A stretch of 32,000 nt of DNA from Hyperthermus butylicus DSM 5456 (GTDB lineage: Archaea > Thermoproteota > Thermoprotei_A > Sulfolobales > Pyrodictiaceae): NCBI RefSeq assembly GCF_000015145.1, contig NC_008818.1:420001-452000 (forward strand), in the 5' to 3' direction. Numbering within the stretch: the stretch's first letter is position 1; each line of letters begins with the position of its first letter. The position numbers were made by a program, and so were the translations under genes. Shown one piece after another: positions 27,388-32,000 of the stretch. The notes beneath the pieces were generated by a model, which saw only the letters and a program-made list of their open reading frames with translations, had not been told where the DNA came from and did no database searches.

Positions 27388-27553
27388 TGGTCCCGCCGCG
27401 GGGATTCGAACCCCGGACCGCCCGGTTTCTGCTGCGGCCCCCGCTGCTATGCCGACGCGCCCTCATCCGCTCCCCATTGCGGGGTTGTCGGGCGCGCGGG
27501 GGGCCTACCCGCCCCACCTACAGCCGGGCGCTCTGCCGCTGAGCTACGGCGGG
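27388..27553 (-). tRNA. tRNA-Tyr (anticodon GTA) with 91-nt intron at 37/38; CCA encoded
   Basis: Minus-strand exon 1 (27553-27518) CCCGCCG TA GCTC AGCGGCA GAGC G CCCGG CTGTAG; intron 27517-27427; exon 2 (27426-27388) A CCGGG CGGTC CGGGG TTCGAAT CCCCG CGGCGGG A CCA. BHB: outer CCCGG/CCGGG, bulges AGG and AAA, central CUGU/GCAG helix. Confidence 0.95.
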
Positions 27554-27621
27554 ATCCAGCGGTGGACCGCCATGTATTATTGGATACCTCATCTACTTAG
27601 CTGGCTATAAACCTTTCTGTT

Positions 27622-28398
27622 TTATATATCTATTGTGCAAGGTGGCAACTTCGTATCAGAACTAGTAGTCACGACTATGCATTGCTTCGCGTAGCTACAG
27701 ATGTGCTCGATGACTGCATCAGTTAGGTCTAGAGGCTCGACTAGAACTAGAAGACTGGGCTTCGATTTTTCTACGGCTGCGAGCGCGTGCTCTACCTTCT
27801 CGACTACTGATATAACGTTCCCAAGCTCTATTAGCTCTGCGTTAGCCAGCTTTAGTTCTCCTATCACTCCTTTAAAGTCTATGACTAGTGTCTTTGTTGT
27901 TGAGCTGGAGGCTATTCTCTTGACTGTTCTCTCAGCTACAGCTATGGAGGCTACTTCTACAGCACATATCCTTGTCCCATTACTACACGGCCTTACTATC
28001 ATGGCCTCAGTATAGTCGCGAATTAAGCTTGTAAGCTCACTGTAACCCACATCCCTACCATAAACGTATAGTCTCGCCATATCTGGCTCAGCCGCGACTA
28101 GCTTCACCTTGACATGTCGAGATAGGCTCCGGAGAATCTCCTCAAGCTTTACGGTATCGGCTCTCATTACCTCAGTCCGTGTAAGCCTCGGAAATACAAT
28201 CTCTACACAGATACCACCACCACTACGGAACTTGAGAGAGGCAACAATCACTACCACTGCAACAGCTCCCATAAGGAGAGTAAGCAGCTGGGATTCATTC
28301 ACTGCGTTAACTAAGCTGGAGCCCAGCCCCAGCCCATACAGCATACTTGCCACTGCGAGAAATAGTAGCAGAACCGCGACAACGAAACCCTGCCCCAT
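27622..28398 (-). CDS. Hypothetical membrane protein with N-terminal transmembrane pair and soluble C-terminal region
   Basis: 258-aa ORF: VVAVLLLFLAVASMLYGLGLG and LLTLLMGAVAVVVIVASLKF, then a hydrophilic mixed alpha/beta region. No family recognised. Confidence 0.65.
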   Translation of the reverse strand: MGQGFVVAVLLLFLAVASMLYGLGLGSSLVNAVNESQLLTLLMGAVAVVVIVASLKFRSGGGICVEIVFPRLTRTEVMRADTVKLEEILRSLSRHVKVKLVAAEPDMARLYVYGRDVGYSELTSLIRDYTEAMIVRPCSNGTRICAVEVASIAVAERTVKRIASSSTTKTLVIDFKGVIGELKLANAELIELGNVISVVEKVEHALAAVEKSKPSLLVLVEPLDLTDAVIEHICSYAKQCIVVTTSSDTKLPPCTIDI

Positions 28399-28491
28399 GC
28401 TGCTTGTGGTGCTCGTAGCTAGCCCACTTGCTAACTATCCCGGATCAACCTGTAGGCGGAGCCCACCGGAACTAATCCCACACCGGGAATG

Positions 28492-28863
28492 TTAGCTCCT
28501 CGGTGCAACCTTAACGTATACCTTCTCTACAGGTGCCAGGTCTAACTCTTTGCGAGACCTTATAATGAAGAGTAGTCCCCCCATGGATATTAGTGCCGCG
28601 TAGGTCTCCCCATCCCTCTTGATAGACACAACTGTACCCCTACCAACAAAGTCAACGCCGTCTCGATATTCTGGCACACTACGGGATAACTCGACCAGAA
28701 CATTATCACCTTCTTTGAAGACTATTAGCTCACTATGAGTGTCCATTTCAACCTCGTACTCGCCATTATTGCTCTTTATCCTAGTTACGTAGAGCTTTGG
28801 TATTAGCTCGGGCTCGACAGATACCACCGTTCCTTCAAAGGCTACAATGGCTTCTCCAGCCAC
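28492..28863 (-). CDS. rpo8: DNA-directed RNA polymerase subunit Rpo8 (RpoG/Rpb8-like)
   Basis: FEGTVVSVEPELIPKLYVTRIKSNNGEYEVEMD...SRSVPEYRDGVDFVGRGTVVS...YAALISMGGLLFIIRSRKELDLAPVEKVYVKV; the C-terminal GGLL...VYVKV strand resembles Rpb8. Confidence 0.72.
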   Translation of the reverse strand: MAGEAIVAFEGTVVSVEPELIPKLYVTRIKSNNGEYEVEMDTHSELIVFKEGDNVLVELSRSVPEYRDGVDFVGRGTVVSIKRDGETYAALISMGGLLFIIRSRKELDLAPVEKVYVKVAPRS

Positions 28864-28970
28864 AGCTCGGTTCCCCCCAGCTGTAATGCACCAGGTTTCT
28901 GTAGATCTGCCCTAAACACTACCTATTATATAGCACTCCAGCCACCCCTACCACCTCCGGTGTAGTTGTA

Positions 28971-29429
28971 GTGGCGTCGATAATGTCTCCGACACCAACG
29001 CGCAGGTTTCTAGCTGAGCTACAAAACCTGGTAGGTAAACGCGTCGAAGTAGTATTGGTTAACGGGCAGAGGTATCGTGGAACCCTGCTGGGCTTCGATC
29101 ATCCAGAACTGAACCTCGTACTCGGAGACGTTGAAGCCGAAAGGGAGAAAGTACCACGGCTATTCCTAATGGGCCGTGTAATAGCCGAGATAAGAGCCTA
29201 TGAGCTAATGCTCTTTGATGCCAGAGAGTTTGCAGACTATATAGTCAGAAAGCTTGGACTACGTCCTGACGCTGTAAGAGTCTACGAGGATGCCGGCGTA
29301 GTAGTAGTCTATAATAGTATAAGAGTCACAGCAAACGGCGTAGAAGGGGCTGGCACTCTCGCCGCAAAGATTAGCTACCTTCTGAAGGAGTATCTTGAGG
29401 CTAAGAGGAGGGGCGAGAAGCCCGCTTGA
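28971..29429 (+). CDS. LSm/Sm-like archaeal protein with C-terminal extension domain (SmAP3-like)
   Basis: FLAELQNLVGKRVEVVLVNGQRYRGTLLGFDHPELNLVLGDVEAE is Sm motif 1; about 80-aa C-terminal domain follows. Confidence 0.82.
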   Translation: MASIMSPTPTRRFLAELQNLVGKRVEVVLVNGQRYRGTLLGFDHPELNLVLGDVEAEREKVPRLFLMGRVIAEIRAYELMLFDAREFADYIVRKLGLRPDAVRVYEDAGVVVVYNSIRVTANGVEGAGTLAAKISYLLKEYLEAKRRGEKPA

Positions 29430-31009
29430 AGCGCGAGATAGGAGTTTTTGAAATCCGCGAAAAAGACCTAGCGGGAAGAATAGCTAGACTCTATACTCCA
29501 CACGGCGTACTCGAAACTCCTGCACTACTGCCAGTGATAGACCCGGTTAGGCAAGAGGTACCACTGGTCGAGATCAAGAGGCTCGGCTTTAACGCCGTGA
29601 TAACAAACGCCTATCTACTCTGGAAACGGCTTGGCGAGCAAGCGGCAGAGAAGGGCGTACATGGAGTCTTAGGCTTTGAAGGCATAGTAATGACTGACTC
29701 TGGTGCCTACCAGCTACTCGAATACGGCCATGTGGAGGTTGAGCCAAGAGAAATAGTTGAGTACGAGAAGAAGATAGGTAGCGATATTGCTGTAATCCTG
29801 GACGTACCAACGGGGAATACGAGGGATAGGAAACAAGCCGAAGAGAGTGTTAGGGAGACACTTAGACGCGCCGAGGAGGCGCAAAGCTACATAGATCCCG
29901 ATAAGAGAATATGGACCCTACCCATCCAGGGCGGCCCCTTCATAGACCTTGTCCGCGAAAGCGCGGAGAAAGCCAGGAAGCTCAAGGACTACAAGCTATA
30001 CGCCCTTGGGAGCCCAACGGTTCTCCTCGAGAGGTATGAATACAGTACGCTACTAGACATGGTATTTACAGCAAGGTTTAGTCTACCAGTTACAAGGCCG
30101 CTACACCTCTTCGGAGCAGGACACCCAATGATAATACCTTTCGCAGTCGCGCTGGGCGTAGACATGTTCGACTCAGCATCTTACATCCTCTACGCGAGGG
30201 ATAACCGGTACATGACCCTAACAAAGACCTATCGGCTAGAAAACCTAGAGTATTTCCCCTGCAGCTGCCCTGTGTGCAGTAGGTATACACCACAAGAGTT
30301 GAGAGAAATGCCGCGCGATGAGAGGGTAAAGTTGCTCGCCTTACACAACCTATACGTACTCCGACAAGCAATAAACGAGGTTAAGACGGCAATCCGTGAG
30401 GGCAGGCTGTGGGAGCTGCTGGAGGAAAGGAGTAGAGCCCACCCATCCCTAGCAACAGCCTTCGCAAAATTCAGACAGTACATCGAGAAGATAGAGCAGC
30501 TAGCACCACGTGTAAAGACAGGGTTTGTAAGAGGCCTACTCCTTTACGGTTCTGAAAGCCTCTACAACCCTAGAGTAGTAGCCTATAGGCGCAGCATAAG
30601 AATAAACTACAAGCCGCGCATAAGGGGAGAGCTAAAGCTAATACCTGTATCACCGTTCGAGAAGCCATTCACGTCATCAAAGCTGTACCGCAGTATCAAA
30701 AAAGGCAGACGAGACATCCACGTGGTAGGATACATGTTGTACCTCGGCCCTATACCAGAGGAGCTGGCTGAGACCTATCCTGGCTCACAGTTTGAGGTAA
30801 ACCTAACACCATACTGGGAGGTTGTTGAAGAAACCGCAAGGAGCATAGCAGAGTACGTGGAGGCAAACAAGGCCAACTATACAAGCATAGAGATATACTA
30901 CTGTCAGGGCGATGGGCTCAAGTGGAGTAGGCCCGTTGCGGAGAAAACAACGGAGCTACTAAGGAAAAGAGGTGTAGAAGTTAAGCTGGCTGAGCTTGGA
31001 GAGTGCTAA
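29426..31009 (+). CDS. tgtA: Archaeosine tRNA-guanine(15) transglycosylase
   Basis: PHGVLETPALLPVIDPVRQEVPLVEIKRLGFNAVITNAYLLWKR, GIVMTDSGAYQLLEYGHVEV, DVPTGNTRDRKQAEESV, YALGSPTVLLERY, FDSASYILYARDNRYMT, zinc motif CPVC...; ATGA overlap with the LSm gene. Confidence 0.95.
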   Translation: MKREIGVFEIREKDLAGRIARLYTPHGVLETPALLPVIDPVRQEVPLVEIKRLGFNAVITNAYLLWKRLGEQAAEKGVHGVLGFEGIVMTDSGAYQLLEYGHVEVEPREIVEYEKKIGSDIAVILDVPTGNTRDRKQAEESVRETLRRAEEAQSYIDPDKRIWTLPIQGGPFIDLVRESAEKARKLKDYKLYALGSPTVLLERYEYSTLLDMVFTARFSLPVTRPLHLFGAGHPMIIPFAVALGVDMFDSASYILYARDNRYMTLTKTYRLENLEYFPCSCPVCSRYTPQELREMPRDERVKLLALHNLYVLRQAINEVKTAIREGRLWELLEERSRAHPSLATAFAKFRQYIEKIEQLAPRVKTGFVRGLLLYGSESLYNPRVVAYRRSIRINYKPRIRGELKLIPVSPFEKPFTSSKLYRSIKKGRRDIHVVGYMLYLGPIPEELAETYPGSQFEVNLTPYWEVVEETARSIAEYVEANKANYTSIEIYYCQGDGLKWSRPVAEKTTELLRKRGVEVKLAELGEC

Positions 31010-31014
31010 ACAGC

Positions 31015-31767
31015 TTACATGTAGGCACGCTCGCTGCTCGGTGGAATAAGCGCCTCTTTCTGCTGCTGCTCCATCAACACTATCATTTCCTCAATCTTGC
31101 GAGCCTCTTCTAGCAATTCATCAACACCTATGGAGAAGCCGTAGAGCTTGTTGATGACCTCAATAGCAGCCGCTGCCGCACGAGGGTCGGGGCGAGCCGT
31201 CTCTGTGTAGGGTAGCAGAGCTACAGCAGGATAGCCATAAACCTCGGCGTATAGTAGGAGGAGCGCTAGAGGACCAATAACGTAGAGGCCCTTATCCATC
31301 TTGGGGGCATCAAGACTTCTAGAATATGCTGCTGTTGCTACCCACCTAAACTTCTCATCGCCCTGCTTATACCTTGCATCAAATCCTCCTATGAGTACTG
31401 CCTCTGGGATATTCCTCTCCACCAGGAACCTTACTATAGCTTCAGCAAATCTTGCACGCTCATACACAACCGGTATATCATGGTTTACAAGAAGCAAAAT
31501 ACGGAAATCGTCACGAGGCATACACGAGTATAGGGTAAAGGGCGCAACTATACCGCTAGACCCTGGAGTTACAGCCTCCGGCATGTACTTTGTAAGCACA
31601 AAACCGGCCTTGCTACAGTTCGCCTTCTCAGCCAAGTGGAGTGTTGCTATATATCCTACAGCACCATATCCCTTAAATCCAGACACAAATAGACTTGCTC
31701 CCTCTAAGAGTGCCTCATCGTAAGCTATCCTTATCCCCTTATACTCAAACCTAGCCCTAAACGCCAA
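31015..31767 (-). CDS. PAC2-family / proteasome assembly chaperone-like protein (DUF75)
   Basis: GASLFVSGFKGYGAVGYIATLHLAEK, EAVLIGGFDARY, YVIGPLALLLLYAEVYGYPAVALLPYTETARPDPRAAAAAIEVINKLYG. Confidence 0.85.
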   Translation of the reverse strand: MAFRARFEYKGIRIAYDEALLEGASLFVSGFKGYGAVGYIATLHLAEKANCSKAGFVLTKYMPEAVTPGSSGIVAPFTLYSCMPRDDFRILLLVNHDIPVVYERARFAEAIVRFLVERNIPEAVLIGGFDARYKQGDEKFRWVATAAYSRSLDAPKMDKGLYVIGPLALLLLYAEVYGYPAVALLPYTETARPDPRAAAAAIEVINKLYGFSIGVDELLEEARKIEEMIVLMEQQQKEALIPPSSERAYM

Positions 31768-31789
31768 GCCCGCATAACCCTAAGCTCAG

Positions 31790-32000
31790 CTAGGAATTAT
31801 CCCCCTTAACAGTTTTCCTAAGCCTAATAGCCTCACCCCAACACTCGTTCTCAAGTATTTCCGTCGGCGATAATCTTAGTCTGCCGACACCTACAAGCTC
31901 GCCACTAGAGTTTAACACGATAACCTCATCGCCGGGCCGGAGATCATGATCAATAGTTTCTATAATTCTACAATTAATGCTCTTGGAGGGAGGTGTTTCA
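31790..32000 (-). CDS. C-terminal PUA-domain fragment of a gene running off the right edge
   Basis: Not in ORF track. Minus-strand translation ETPPSKSINCRIIETIDHDLRPGDEVIVLNSSGELVGVGRLRLSPTEILENECWGEAIRLRKTVKGDNS* is a typical PUA domain. Confidence 0.72.
   Translation of the reverse strand, partial: ETPPSKSINCRIIETIDHDLRPGDEVIVLNSSGELVGVGRLRLSPTEILENECWGEAIRLRKTVKGDNS

Noticed and set aside
27266-27610. Several overlapping ORFs (83, 100, 62, 79 aa) across the tRNA-Tyr locus
   Set aside because: All arise from the GC-rich tRNA exons and intron; the tRNA plus BHB explanation is complete.
1-32000. CRISPR arrays, transposons, toxin-antitoxin pairs, defence genes or integrated elements
   Set aside because: No regularly spaced direct repeats, transposase/integrase motifs, att-like tRNA duplications or defence domains seen; almost all coding space is explained by conserved housekeeping genes.

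Overview
This window is a gene-dense archaeal information-processing region. Gene content and order (Kae1/Bud32, Rpo7/Spt4, aIF2-gamma, S6e/S8e/S24e/S27ae/S15, Rpo8, TFB, TFE-beta, Gar1, L38e-like, SmAP, AGOG, XPF) point to a hyperthermophilic crenarchaeon, probably Desulfurococcales/Pyrodictiaceae-like (inference; I could not run a database search). I found two tRNA genes: tRNA-Thr(GGT), intronless, and tRNA-Tyr(GTA), with a 91-nt intron flanked by a canonical bulge-helix-bulge. I found no CRISPR array, transposon, toxin-antitoxin or defence island, and no convincing new multi-gene system. The items most worth a second look are: (1) two genes each broken by a single frameshift, a ketopantoate reductase and a membrane family-2 glycosyltransferase, with slip windows of 29 and 37 bp; (2) twin perfect G+C-rich hairpins between a TATA-like element and the start codon of both rpsO (S15) and rps6e; (3) an archaeal Gar1 with a long Gly/Arg-rich C-terminal tail; (4) a SUOX-like molybdopterin-domain protein with a long unassigned N-terminal region; (5) a Kae1 gene with no ordinary start codon at its conserved N terminus; (6) the structured tRNA-Tyr intron.
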